Assembly (NCBI RefSeq): GCF_006345805.1
Contig: NC_043002.1
Coordinates: forward strand, 4,836,001 to 4,900,000
Source: Octopus sinensis
Lineage: Eukaryota
Direction of reading: 5' to 3'
DNA length: 64,000 bases
Shown: positions 36,641 to 48,362 of the stretch, in pieces
Layout of the letters: each line of letters opens with the position of its first letter
Position numbering within the stretch: position 1 is the first letter of the stretch
The notes under the pieces: model-generated
What the model saw: the letters and a program-made list of their open reading frames with translations, nothing else
What the model was told of the DNA's origin: nothing
Database searches by the model: none
Made by a program: the position numbers and the translations under genes

Positions 36641-38312
36641 CAATTCGATATATATATATATATATATGTATGTTCATCAACATTTATGTATTTTTGTAAT
36701 TTTGTATATTTATCTTTTCTGTATTTTTCTCTGGAATTTTAATGTCATTGTATATTTTATTACCCCAAATTTTTAATTTAACAAATTTTTACCAATTGTA
36801 AATTCAATGTGTTATATATTTAACATTGATTCTTATACATTTATATATTTCTATATGATGTTTATATATTTATATATTACTATATTTTTAAATGTCGGAC
36901 TTTATATCTGTTCTGTAGATATAAATGAATATATGAATATATGTATATGTTTGATCTTTCTGTGGATTTTGTAATGTTCCTTTAGTTGCTGCTTACATTG
37001 CCTCCCCTCGGATTAAAAAGTGGAATATAGCTCATTTGAGCACTACCACTCCAGTCTGTTATATGTTTTGAGTGTTGTTGTTACTAGCAATCTCAAGATA
37101 TAACTTTCTATTTTGTAATTTATATATATATATATATAAAAGCTTAGCTGTCACTCACAATCAAGAATGATTTGATAGCTTGTGCCATGCTTTTGCTGAT
37201 TGTTTTCACTTCTTATATAGTTGCAAGCAGACAAAGATACCCTCAGCACTCCCACCCTTGACATAGAGGAAATATCGAGGATGCAGCAGTTGGAGGAAGA
37301 CAGAGCTGCCCCAGCAGCACTCAGCTGAGTAGACTGAAGCAATGGGAAATGATGTGCCTCGATTAATGATACACCCTAACCTGGTGAAGACCTGTGGTGT
37401 AAGTATCTTAGTTAGAAACAAGTAAGTGTTGGTTTCAGGAAGAGCATCCAGTCGTAGAATACTGGCTCGAGAAATTTTATCACACCAACTCTGAAGAAAA
37501 AAATGGAAGTAAAAACAAAACATTTATACATACACAGGCCAAACTGACTGTGGCATTTTTATGTCAGCATGAAACCTATGGTAGTAATATCCATTATGGC
37601 TGATCATAAATCAACGAATTTTACACTCTACTCTGTGCCGGTGGCACGTAAAAAGCACCATCCGAACGTGGCCGATGCCAGCCTCACCTGGCTTCTGTGC
37701 TGGTGGCACATAAAAAGCACCAACCGATTGTGGCCATTGCCAGCCTCCCCTGGCACCTGTGCACCCACTACACTCACGGAGTGGTTGGCGTTAGGAAGGA
37801 CATCCAGCTGTAGAAACACTGCCAGATCAGACTGGAGCCTGGTGCAGCCTCCTGGCTTCCCAGACACCGGTTGAACCGTCCAACCCATGCTAGCATGGAA
37901 AACAGACGTTAAACAATGATGATGGTGACTCCTAGTGTTCAGTGGTTAGAACATCGGGTTAACAATCATGAAGTTTAGCTTGCTTCCCAGACCAGGCTCT
38001 GCAGTGCGTTCTTGACCAAGACACTTTATTTCATGTTGCTCCAGTTCACTCAGCTCTAAAAATGAATTGCAACATCACTGGTGCCAAGTTGTATCGACCC
38101 CTTTTGCCTTTCCTTTGGTTAACATTAGTGGTGTGGAGAGGGGAGGCTGCTATGCACGGGCAACTGCTGGTCCTCCATAAACAACCCTGCGTGGGCTTGT
38201 GCCTCGGAGGGTAACTTCCTAGGTCCAATCCCATGGTCATTCATGACCGAAGAGGGTCTTTTACCCTTTTAGTATTCAGAACTCTCTCTTTCTTCCATTT
38301 ATTCTAACATAT

Positions 38313-38728
38313 AGGCGCAGGAGTGGCTGTGTGGTAAGTAGCTTGTTTACCAACCACATGGTTCCGGGTTCAGTCCCACTGCGTGGCACCTTGGGCAAGT
38401 GTCTTCTACTATAGCCTCGGGCCAACCAAAACCTTGTGAGTGGATTTGGTAGACGGAAACTGAAAGAAGCCTGTCGTATATATGTATATATATATAAGTG
38501 TGTGTGTGTATATGTTTGTGTGTCTGTGTTTGTCCCCCTAGCATTGCTTGACAACCGATGCTGGTGTGTTTATGTCCCCGTTACTTAGTGGTTCGGCAAA
38601 CGAGACCGATAGAATATGTACTGGGCTTACAAAAGAATAAGTCCTGGGGTCGAGTTGCTCGATTAAAGGCGGTGCTCCAGCATGGCCACAGTCAAATGAC
38701 TGAAACGAGTAAAAGAGTAAAAGAATAT
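38313..38728 (+). mobile_element. tRNA-derived SINE family B
   Basis: Full-length copy. Confidence 0.88.
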
Positions 38729-38859
38729 GAAATCACAAGATAGTAGAAACAATTGCTAAAGACCTCTTCATACAGTATATTCGGAGCAAAACTGGTCTTA
38801 TTTTATAGCATAGTCTAAAATAGAGTTGCTACTGGTGACTTTTCTAGGCCCATCAAGCT

Positions 38860-39398
38860 GAGACTTCGATGACTGGCATCTGTGCTAGTGGGGTGCAAAG
38901 AGCACCATACGAGTGTGATCGTTGACAGAGCAGCTAACCAGCTTCCATGCCAGTAGCACATAAAAGGGCACCATTCAAGTATGATCGTTACCAGCGTTGC
39001 CTTACTGGCACTTGTGCATGTGCTAGTAGGGTGCCAATCTGAGCGTGATCATTGCCAGAGCAGCCAACTGGCTTCCATGCAGGTGGCATGTAAAAGGGCA
39101 CCATTCGTGTGTGAGCGTTACCAATGTTGCCTTACTGGCACCTGTGCCGGTGGCATGTGTAAAAAGATTTGAGCGAGGTCATTGCCAGAACTGCCTGACT
39201 GGCCCCGTGCCAGTGGCACATAAAAAGCACCCACTACACTCTGTAAAGTGGTTGGTGTTAGGAAGGGCATCCAGCTGTAGAAACTCTGCCAGATCAAGAT
39301 TGGAGCCTGGTGTGGCCGTCTGGTTCGCTAGCCCTCAGTCAAAATCGTCCAACCCATTCTAGCATGGAAAGCAGATGTTAAACGATGATGATGATGAT
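38860..39398 (+). mobile_element. RTE 3'-tail element, variant subfamily
   Basis: Units with gagcgtgatcgttaccag and the common tail; similar copies at 19255-19645, 41105-41540, 49830-50122 and 51945-52348. Confidence 0.8.
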
Positions 39399-39904
39399 CA
39401 ACATACAGATATGTTTATCTTGGACAGCTGGTTAAAGTGGAATAAAGCCTTTTAGAGCTTTTGAAAGACAAATCCAAGCTGGACATTTGTAGTTTTGATA
39501 AATTATGTGACATCACGAAAATTAATTGCAAATAATGTCTGAAGTACAATGTTTGACCAATAGATCACACTAGTAATGACTTATGGAGCAGACAGAAAAA
39601 ACAAACATTCAAAGAACAAAAAAAAAATAGACATTCATAGATCATCTCAATTGCAAAAGTCAGACAAACACTAAGGAACCAAAAAAAAAAAATATATAAG
39701 CACGCAACAAACCATTCTCACAAACATGGATTTTATCGCCAGACAAAATATTTCAATTCATTTACTTGGAATATACAGTTGTGGAAAAAAAACCATGAAT
39801 ATCACATCATGTTCTGTGAAATGTTTTTAGCTTTGTACCTAGCACTGTTGAGTAAAAGGTTAGTTTTAAAGAATAAGATTGAGGTGCACTTTAAATTCCT
39901 GAAG

Positions 39905-40325
39905 TCAAACAGAATTTGTCTTATGAGGAAAGGCTGAAGACGCTCGACCTTTATTCTCTAGAAAAACGCCAACGCCGTGGTGATCTCATTCTTGCTCACA
40001 TCATAAGCAGAAAGCGTAACCTCTTGAAAGAGCTGTTCTTCACTCCTGCTCCAGAGTGTCGGCTGCGGGGTCATTCCGAAAAGCTCTATCTGCGACAATT
40101 TCATCTCAATCGAAGGAGAGGGGCTTTCTCCGTCCGGGTTGCGGTTCCGTGAAATAAGCTGCCAGACGAGATGGTGAAGATGCCAACGACCGCTCGGTTC
40201 AAAGTCTCCCTTGACCTCAAGTGGCCTGAACTCTTTACATGAGCACCACCCTGTACATAACTCCATGTCCCCCTACATGGCCTTGCTTTTTGCTTTTTGA
40301 GCCAAAAGTTAACTAACTAACTAAG
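39905..40325 (+). mobile_element. CR1-clade LINE 3' end with (TAAC)n tail
   Basis: LSYEERLKTLDLYSLEKRQRRGDLI...LRGHSEKL...FSVRV motif and gttaactaactaactaa tail. Confidence 0.9.
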
Positions 40326-42694
40326 GACACTTAATTTATGCTATGAATACCTTCAGGAAAGTTATGTTTTTTCTGGCAATTCCTTTCCCAGAAAATACAT
40401 ACCTTCTGTGCTAAGCAATTTCTCTATATTTATAAGTGTCTTTTACTTTACCCCCAAGTCAACCAAAGCTTCGTGAGTGGATCTAGATGAAAACTGAAAG
40501 GAGCCTCTTGCATACATTTATATATGTATATATATATATACACACACACACACACGTGCATGTATGCATATATGTTTGTGTCTCTTTGTCTCAACATTGT
40601 GTGATTGTTACAAATCAATGGTTCTCAACTGGGGTTCAAATGAGGTTTTTGGAGGTCCAGGCAAGCAAAATATTAAATTTGAGAATCCACAGTAGTATAT
40701 TAAGGATCCATAAATTAACAATTTTGCTTTAGATGTATTTACTGCAAGAAACAGCCAGATTTCTTTCTCGAACATTTTACATAGTTCAACCAACACAAGT
40801 CAATGTGTGATGAACAAAATAGGAATTTTATAAGAAGTACAAATAAAACTAGTTTATAAACAGTGAATGGCTACAGGGGTCTACCAAAGTAAAATAGTAA
40901 TCAAAGGACTCCGTATGTAAAAAAAAAAATTGGTTAGAACCACTACTGTAAATGAATATTCATTTCCAATATTTTCCAAAAACATAGCCATAGGGAATAT
41001 TACTTCACTTGGAAACTGGTGAGGGTTGATAACAGGAAGGGGGTCTGGTCTAAGGAAGTCTGCCTCAATAAACTCTATAGGATCCATGCAAACATAGGAA
41101 AGTGAACATTAAAATGATGATGATCATTACCAGCGTCGCACTACTGGCACTTGAGCCCCGTGCTAGTAGGGTATTAAGAGCACCATCCGAGCGTGATCGT
41201 TGCCAGAACAGCTATCTGGCCTCCATGCCGGTGGCACGTAAAAGACATCATTCGAGTGTGATCGTTACCAGCATTGCCTTACTGGCACCTGTGCAGGTGG
41301 CATGTGTAAGGGATTCGAGCGAGGTCGTTACCAGTGCCGCCTGACTGGCCCCATGCCAGTGGCACGTAAAAGCACCCACTACACTCTTGGAGTGGTTGGT
41401 GTTAGGAAGGGCATCCAGCTGTAGAAACTCTGCCAGATCAAGATTGAAGCCTGGTGCAGCCATCTGGTTCACCAGCCCTCAGTCAAAATCGTCCAACCCA
41501 TGCTAGCATGGAAAGCAGACGTTAAACGATGATGATGATTGTTAAAACAAAAGACTGGAGAGGCAAGAATATGGATGGAATGCCTTCAATCAGAAGTTTA
41601 CTTCTTAGAGCTGAACAGGGCCGGCCAAACAACAACAAGTCACCTGGATGAAATCGCTGCCCAACTTATTCCTTAAATAATTACACCCTACCACCATATA
41701 TAAAAGACAAGACACATTAGATAACATAGTTATAAGGACCCCTAAAATAGATGGAATGGTCATGCCTGGAAAGCCTTTGATCATAGATCTGCTCAATCAC
41801 GACTAACCTACAACTAAAAGATAACAAACAAGATCTGAACAAATCCAGGAAAACTTCAATAAATATTTAATATTTTTCTTTTTTTTGCACTGTTTTATTT
41901 ACGATATTCAATAAAATGGGTTTTTTTTCACATACATTTAAGGCTTTCTCCAGTTCAAGGAAGCAAGTCATTCGTCTGGCATGCCACATGTTGAGACATA
42001 TTCTATGAGGCCAACCATGACAGCATGGTAATAAACTTGACAGATGCCACCAGCAATGCAGAGAAGCAGAAGATTAATAAATACCAGTCATTAAAAAAAA
42101 TACGCCTTTCCACGACAATTGCTGTTGAGATCTCCAGTGTCCTCATCCCCCGGACTGCTGCTTTCTTCCGTCAGATCAGGACTAGGGTGTCACACTTGTA
42201 GAAGGAGCCCTGTGAGGTAGAGTAGCTGATGCATTAGATATTGCTGGTTGTTCTTCACAGCAATGCTTCAGCCATCTGGTCTACAGAGAATGTCTGAGAT
42301 AAGTTCTTCTACAAAAGATGTGGAGTTTGTTTTTTCCTTCAGTCTTTTTTTTATCCCTTGCATACAAGTATTTTTAAGGGACTTTTTTTTTTGTTTTTGT
42401 CTTTGAATAGTATCTTAGTAATTAGTCAGGAAATATGTCATTTTAGACTGTACAACTTTCTATTAATACAATAACAGAGGCATTCAACTCATGTATTGCC
42501 AGTTAATAAACTTATTATTCAGTTAATTATGTTAACTATTGTCTTATTTACATGATAGTTATATTCTACCCTTTGACTCTCTTTCGAAGAATCACAAGAA
42601 AAAGCCAAAATTGTGGCCTGTTTTCCCTGTGACTTGATTTCCATTCACCAAAGCCTGGTATATCTGGAATGCTGGATCAATAGACCACATCTGT

Positions 42695-44682
42695 TGTATT
42701 TACACAAAATGTGATCCTGAATTTAATGCAACCCCAACTTTGTGTAGATAACAATCAGTATTATACTTTTGCTCTGTGAACCTCAAGTACAACCATAGTT
42801 GTTTAGACTTTTTAAGAAACCAATATATTTTCACTGCAAATGTTAAAACACATAAAACAGAAAAATCAAAATAAGATCTAGCATGGTTCCTGTTTTTGCT
42901 CAGTAAAAATTGCTTAAAAGCTACTGAGTGAAGGTTGTAGCTTAAGTTTAAAGAAAAGGTTATCAGAAATATAACGAACTTATCAATTAAAAATCATCAA
43001 AGTGTGATTCCTCATCTGACTCTTCAACTATCAGCAAACATTCTTCATTTAACTTTTCATCAGAGTCCTGTTCTATTATTTCATCATCTTCGTCATCTAA
43101 ACTTGTAGAGGTACCTAAAGTTGCATCTTGGCAATTCCACAGCAGGTAATCTTCCGTTCCATCCAGTTTATTACTGATGCCAGTTTTTAGAAAGCTCTTG
43201 GAAACCAAATGGTCAGGTAAAGAATTCCAAGCTATTTTAACCCAAGTAACAACAGTAGCAAGGTCAGGTTCTTTGAGATTATCACCTGTCGTATTTTCCA
43301 TTTCTTCGGATGATATCCAGGACATCCAGTGCTTTCTAAATTCATTTTGAAATGGTTTCTTCAAAACAACATCAAGGGGCTGAAGAATACTCGACAAACC
43401 ATCTGGGATAACAGCTTCATATGTTTTCATACCTTTCAATATGCGTTTCACTGGCTCAGTAAGGTGAGCCCTAAACTGGTCCCACACCAACATTGCAGAT
43501 TTGTTTAAATGTGCTCCAGGTCGTTTACTCCAAACCTTTCTCAGCCAAACATCTACCCCTTCTCCATCCATCAAGCCTTTGGGATGACAGTGAACAATAA
43601 CTCCAGAAGGAAATATTTCACTCTTTGGAATTGTCTTTCTTTTAAAAATAACCATGGGATTTAGCTTGGTTCCATCAGCTAGACAACACATAACTACAGT
43701 AAAATGATTTTTTCCGTGTTCTGCTGTTCTCCCATAGATATTTTTACTTCCCAGGGTTCTGGCCCCTGACTTGTCAAAAACCAAAGGCACCTCGTCCATG
43801 TTCCCAATTTGACTCAGATCAAAGTCATGCTGTTTTCGCAATTTTATTATAAAACTATAAAACTGCACAATTTTCTCATCCAAATCAGTGGGAAGCTTCT
43901 GTGAAGTTTTCGTTTTCTGGCGTGAAGCTAAAGAATATCTTGAGAAGAATCTCTGGCACCAGCCATTTGAAAATTTGAAAGATTGACACACTCCATATTT
44001 CTCATCTTGCGACATTTTCTTTGCTTGTAACTTTATATGCAGTGTCGTTACAACACATCCATCTTTCCTTCTCTTTTCCACCCATTCGGCTAATTCTTTC
44101 TCCAGTTCGGGATAGTGAGCCTGTTTTCCTCTCAGAGATTGTTTACAACTTGGCATTTTCAGCAGTTGAGCTTTCTCCTTTCGCCATAACCTAATGTTAC
44201 TCTCAACAACCCCGAATTTTCGAGAGGCTGCACGATTAGTATTCCTTTCAGCAAATTCTATGGCAGTGAGTTTAAATTCTGCACTGTAAGCAATACGTCT
44301 CTTTTTCGAATCCATACTTTTAAATCATAAGGCTGTAGAATGGAAATTTTTTAAAGAATTACCAACGTATGTCAGTAATATAACTTTAAAGTTCTGAACA
44401 GTAAACTTTTTAATTGACTCATCACTTTTTGACAGATTGGAAACAACACATCACCAGTGTGCAAACTGAATTAATAACTGCCACTGGAATCTATTCGCTA
44501 CACATAGGATGGATCATAGCCGCAATTAAGTGCGTGTGTATTTCGTTTGATGTCTCAGGAATGCCATTTTCAAATTTCACCTTTATACATATTTTTAACA
44601 CTCGAGTATAATGCTACCCACCTAGTTTCGACCCTGACATTTTCTCATGGTAAATTTCTCGCATTGTACATTAGTAAATACG
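42695..44682 (-). mobile_element. Relic boundaries of the pogo/Passer element (decayed TIRs)
   Basis: tgtatttac at 42695 versus gtaaatacg at 44674-44682, and related gagtataatgc-like subterminal motifs at 44601 and about 42716; the match is short. Confidence 0.45.
42987..44315 (-). CDS. Intact pogo/Passer-type transposase-derived protein (BrkDBD-like HTH, CENP-B HTH, DDE_1), 442 aa, probably domesticated
   Basis: Uninterrupted ORF; NMDE, WDQFRAH and QPLD give DD35D spacing; acidic C-tail; Kozak aaaagtATGg; acceptor and branch point immediately upstream. Confidence 0.9.
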   Translation of the reverse strand: MDSKKRRIAYSAEFKLTAIEFAERNTNRAASRKFGVVESNIRLWRKEKAQLLKMPSCKQSLRGKQAHYPELEKELAEWVEKRRKDGCVVTTLHIKLQAKKMSQDEKYGVCQSFKFSNGWCQRFFSRYSLASRQKTKTSQKLPTDLDEKIVQFYSFIIKLRKQHDFDLSQIGNMDEVPLVFDKSGARTLGSKNIYGRTAEHGKNHFTVVMCCLADGTKLNPMVIFKRKTIPKSEIFPSGVIVHCHPKGLMDGEGVDVWLRKVWSKRPGAHLNKSAMLVWDQFRAHLTEPVKRILKGMKTYEAVIPDGLSSILQPLDVVLKKPFQNEFRKHWMSWISSEEMENTTGDNLKEPDLATVVTWVKIAWNSLPDHLVSKSFLKTGISNKLDGTEDYLLWNCQDATLGTSTSLDDEDDEIIEQDSDEKLNEECLLIVEESDEESHFDDF

Positions 44683-44904
44683 ATTAATTAGCTTTGTTTG
44701 AGAAGGGTTGATGGGGAGGAATGGACAAGAACAACAACGACGATGACGGCCAGGGTGGAATGTCTACTGAGAAGCGAATATCAATGAAGAGAAAGACAGA
44801 GAGGAATATCGAACTGTTCGAACAGTTTCGTTTGATTTGCTGTCCTAACACGAAGTCGGTCTGAGCAAACAAATAAAGAGTTGTGGGTTTTGGTTTATTC
44901 TTAC

Positions 44905-45130
44905 CTTCGAAGACATCACAGAGTGTTCAGAAGCATTGGAGGAACATATTCTATTTATTCTCACCAACTTTTCGAATACATTCTTATTGACTGAGCCTTA
45001 TGTATATTTCACAACATAAAAATTACATAATATCCTAAATATTTCTAAATTATTTCGAGATATTTTTTCGTTTCTCTCGAAAATATAGAAAATTAATTTT
45101 TTTTTTTAAATCACATTTTTTTAATACGAA
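44905..45130 (-). other. Candidate first exon (ATG TCT TCG AAG then gtaaga donor)
   Basis: Consensus donor aag|gtaaga at 44904 beside a CpG-containing promoter-like region; upstream boundary approximate. Confidence 0.45.
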
Positions 45131-45139
45131 TCTATGGTT

Positions 45140-45153
45140 GTTGCTATGGATAC
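45140..45153. promoter_or_regulatory. RFX X-box motif
   Basis: gttgctatggatac; its reverse complement GTATCCATAGCAAC matches the consensus GTHNYY-AT-RRNAAC; lies between two divergent candidate first exons. Confidence 0.55.
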
Positions 45154-45182
45154 TGGCGCCAAAATTGAGTGACAGAAAGCTC

Positions 45183-45263
45183 ATGACGATGATGCTTTGT
45201 TTACGTTCTTTATTTGTCTACATTCGGCCACGAGCGAAATTTAGGGCGAGTTTCGAGTGCTTC
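45183..45263 (+). CDS. Candidate first coding exon MTMMLCLRSLFVYIRPRAKFRASFECF
   Basis: ATG at 45183, donor ttc|gtaagc at 45264, phase 0; Arg-rich, acid-poor, transit-peptide-like. Confidence 0.4.
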
Positions 45264-45959
45264 GTAAGCTCACAAATCATGAAATGACCGTTTCATTCGT
45301 GTAATTAGTAGAGTACTGTGTACAGATGTACCGAAAACCCTGGAACACAAAATTAAACAAAAACACCCCATCACCGAAACTTCTCTGTGATTGCTCGAAC
45401 CAGATCGATTTATCAACCGATTTTCCTTTACATCGTCTGTAAGTATTAGAGTCAGAAAATATTCAGTAATCAAAGTATGTCCATTATAATACTCTACTTT
45501 CGCTCTTAATTCATTAAGCCGCCGAACTCCTTATACTGGTAAACTAGCAATTAAATATATTTGAGTACTTTGTGCCCGACTGCATTTTGTGCATTCTAAT
45601 ATTAAAAAATAGGCGACCTTTGGTTTTAGTTACCGTATATTTGCGTGACTAGTAGGGGAGCCAAAATATATGATGCAGATCATAAGGTCCATGAATCATT
45701 TTCAACATTTCACGTCAGTTTTGGCAACGGGCTAAATACCTGTTAAGTTAGTGGCGGCCTTGGCCTCCGTTCCACATTGGACCTGGCTCTGGCTGCTTAT
45801 CTTCCCTCAATCTCCTCCAGCCGCACCCTCATCGGTGAGATACTCTACGGGATGATAGAACCCGATGTGGCCCAGGAACTAGAGTCAGCCCTAGCAAATT
45901 GGACCACTGAAAGCTTTGCTGTCCCACTGAATACAGGCGCTCTACGTAATTGGAACGTT

Positions 45960-46190
45960 ATCTATTTCTTTACTACCCACAAGGAGCTAAACACAGAGGG
46001 GACAAACAAAGACAGACAAAGGTATTAAGTCGATTATATCGACCCCAGTGCGTAACTGGTACTTAATTTATCGACCCCGAAAGGATGAAGGGCAAAGTCG
46101 ACCTCGGCGGAATTTGAACTCAGAACGTAACGGCAGACGAAATACGGTTACGCATTTCGCCCGGCGTGCTAACGATTCTGCCAGCTATCA
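45960..46190 (-). mobile_element. tRNA-derived SINE family D
   Basis: Family consensus; other copies at 49160-49392, 50815-51040, 55620-55765 and 57978-58195. Confidence 0.85.
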
Positions 46191-46830
46191 GATGCAAGTT
46201 GCCTTTGGACAGATTGAGACATCCTTAGACCAGCACCGCTTCGCCTGCCTCCGTCCCACTTTGCAACCAAACAGCAGCACGTGGCTTAATACGGTGTCCT
46301 CCCCACCTACAGATACCCTTCTTGACGAGTGCACTTGTATCAGGGTAGCCCAGTGCCTTGGTCTCTGCATGTGTGAGCAGCACAACGGCTATGGTGGAGC
46401 AGTAGTTGATGAATTCAGTCTGCATCCATAACACAGGGCAGAATCCCCGACATCCCACTCTGAATGACATAATCTGAAGGGTCCTTCACACAGCTGGCTT
46501 CTCATATCAACTGGAGCCAGTAAGTCTCAGCCGTGGAGATAGTAAACGCACCAACAGAACAACCTGCTACTCATACAAGGGAGGCAGATCCCTAATCTTG
46601 TATGCCGTGTGCAGCAACATGTTCTTTAGCCCCAACTTTGCTGCATTGGCCACAAACCCAGCTATCACCACCCGTAATGTAGAGGAGAGAAAAATAAATG
46701 CATTTAGAAACCTGACTGGCTGCTGTTAGTTTATGCTGGTCAAGGCCTCAGCTGTTCTCAGACCCTGCATTCTTGATTTCCTCTAAAAATCTGAATATCT
46801 GCAGCCTGTCTGTGAGACGAACCCTGTAAG
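46190..46830 (+). mobile_element. CRE-clade non-LTR retrotransposon C-terminal fragment (CCHC finger and RLE region), degenerate
   Basis: STWLNTVSSPPTDTLLDE..IRVAQCLGL.MCEQH...AVVDEFSLHP...RHPTLNDII...LEPVSLSRGDSKR resembles CRE WL..LP...RHxxLND...EP...RPD motifs. Confidence 0.75.
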
Positions 46831-46844
46831 GTGGAGTTGCTGCT

Positions 46845-47227
46845 TGTTTGTTTGTTTGTTTGTTGAGCGAAGCGGTCATCGTCCCATTAGTGGGAGAAAT
46901 CCGAAATGTGGTCCTTTGCTATTCGTAAGACCCGCAGAAGAGAAAGCAGGTCAACCCCCGACACCGAGAGCATTGACGGATGGATGAATGCGCATCCAGG
47001 CTCAGCAGTTGCGTAGGAAGTCGGGGATAAGAAACAGGAAGAAAGAGTGAGAGAAAGTTGGAGTGAAAGAGTACAGCAGGGGTCGACACCCACCCCCCTG
47101 CCGGAGCCTCGTCGAGCTTTAGGTGTTTTCACTCAATAAACACACACAACGCTCGGTCTGGGAATCAAAACCGCGATCCTCCGACCGCAAGTCCACTGCC
47201 CTAACCACTGGGCCATTGCGCCTCCAC
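46845..47227 (-). mobile_element. tRNA-derived SINE, family A (tail type 4)
   Basis: Family A head and core joined to the tail also seen at 29272-29480. Confidence 0.85.
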
Positions 47228-47360
47228 TGGAGTTGCTGCTGCACCAGGTGTTGCTGGCCATTTCCCTCAGTAACTCTATTGTGGTCGTGTCTGCAGGGCA
47301 CTGGCTGAATGCATCATTTGTTCTAGAGTTTATTCCCTGCCCCCATTTTCTGCTGCTTAA

Positions 47361-47569
47361 CCCCTTAGAGTTCCGATTATTCTATCAAACATAATGCTTA
47401 TTAATTCACATTGATTTGAATTAATCATGCATTGTCTCATATCTTCAAGATCTTGATGGTGTAATTACCTAATATAGAATAACATTGTAGGGTAGGTGTG
47501 AGAGCCTGGATCTGGTCAGTTTGAACATAAAACAGATTAACTATTTTGGCCGGTTTAAAGACTAAAGGG
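47361..47569. mobile_element. piggyBac-type MITE (209 bp)
   Basis: TTAA|ccccttag ... ctaaaggg|TTAA. Confidence 0.7.
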
Positions 47570-48055
47570 TTAATCCCTCTTTTTTTGTTTCCTTCTAATT
47601 AAATTGAGATTCAATCTTTATGTAAATAAAACTCATTTTTACTGTTACTTTTGCATTGACACAGGCTTAGCATCTGTCAACCTACAGTGACTCATAAATC
47701 TTAGTGTGACTGATTAGTCTAAAATAAGGGACCTTTTGTGTTGTCCGTCATCAAGTTGGAACTAGAAGCCAAAGTTCCATTAACTTACTACAGTTGCATA
47801 GAAAGACAGAACACAGATAATATCCTGCATAAACCTAAAAAATGACAAGATCATGGCTGCAGTGCCTCTAATCATAGATCTCATTCAAATCAAATTGACC
47901 TAGGTCTAAACAACAGTACATAAAGCTTCACAAGTAAAAGAGGAAACCTCTATTTGCTAGAAATAGCAGCCAGATCTTGTTCAAATAAGAGCCTATATTA
48001 TCATCGCAAAGTTTGCTTGTTTCTTGTGTTGTTGAGCCGGTCAATGATAATATCA

Positions 48056-48362
48056 TCATAATTGTTCAACCATGGTCGAGACAATGGAATTTACTATGTT
48101 ACTCCAGACTTCACGGTCCATCATAGCATTACGGAGGTCCTGTTGCTGGATGCCTGTATCCCTGGAGATTACATCAGGGTAGGAGAGTGTGCGCCCTCTG
48201 GTATTGTGAGTAGATGGCTTCCAGAGGAGAAGAGTAGAAATTACCTCGTTTTCAACTCTACAACAATGTCCAGCAAACTGGACTCTTCTACCTTTCACAA
48301 GAGATGATACAGGTGGTAATTTCCCATATACTTGTACTTTGGTTGGATGACGCTTCCACGAG
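48056..48362 (-). mobile_element. RTE-group (RTEX-like) LINE 3' fragment
   Basis: Near copy of 8851-9160. Confidence 0.85.

Noticed and set aside
41940-42330. Possible terminal exon downstream of the transposase ORF
   Set aside because: Every frame is interrupted; more simply 3' UTR or decayed sequence
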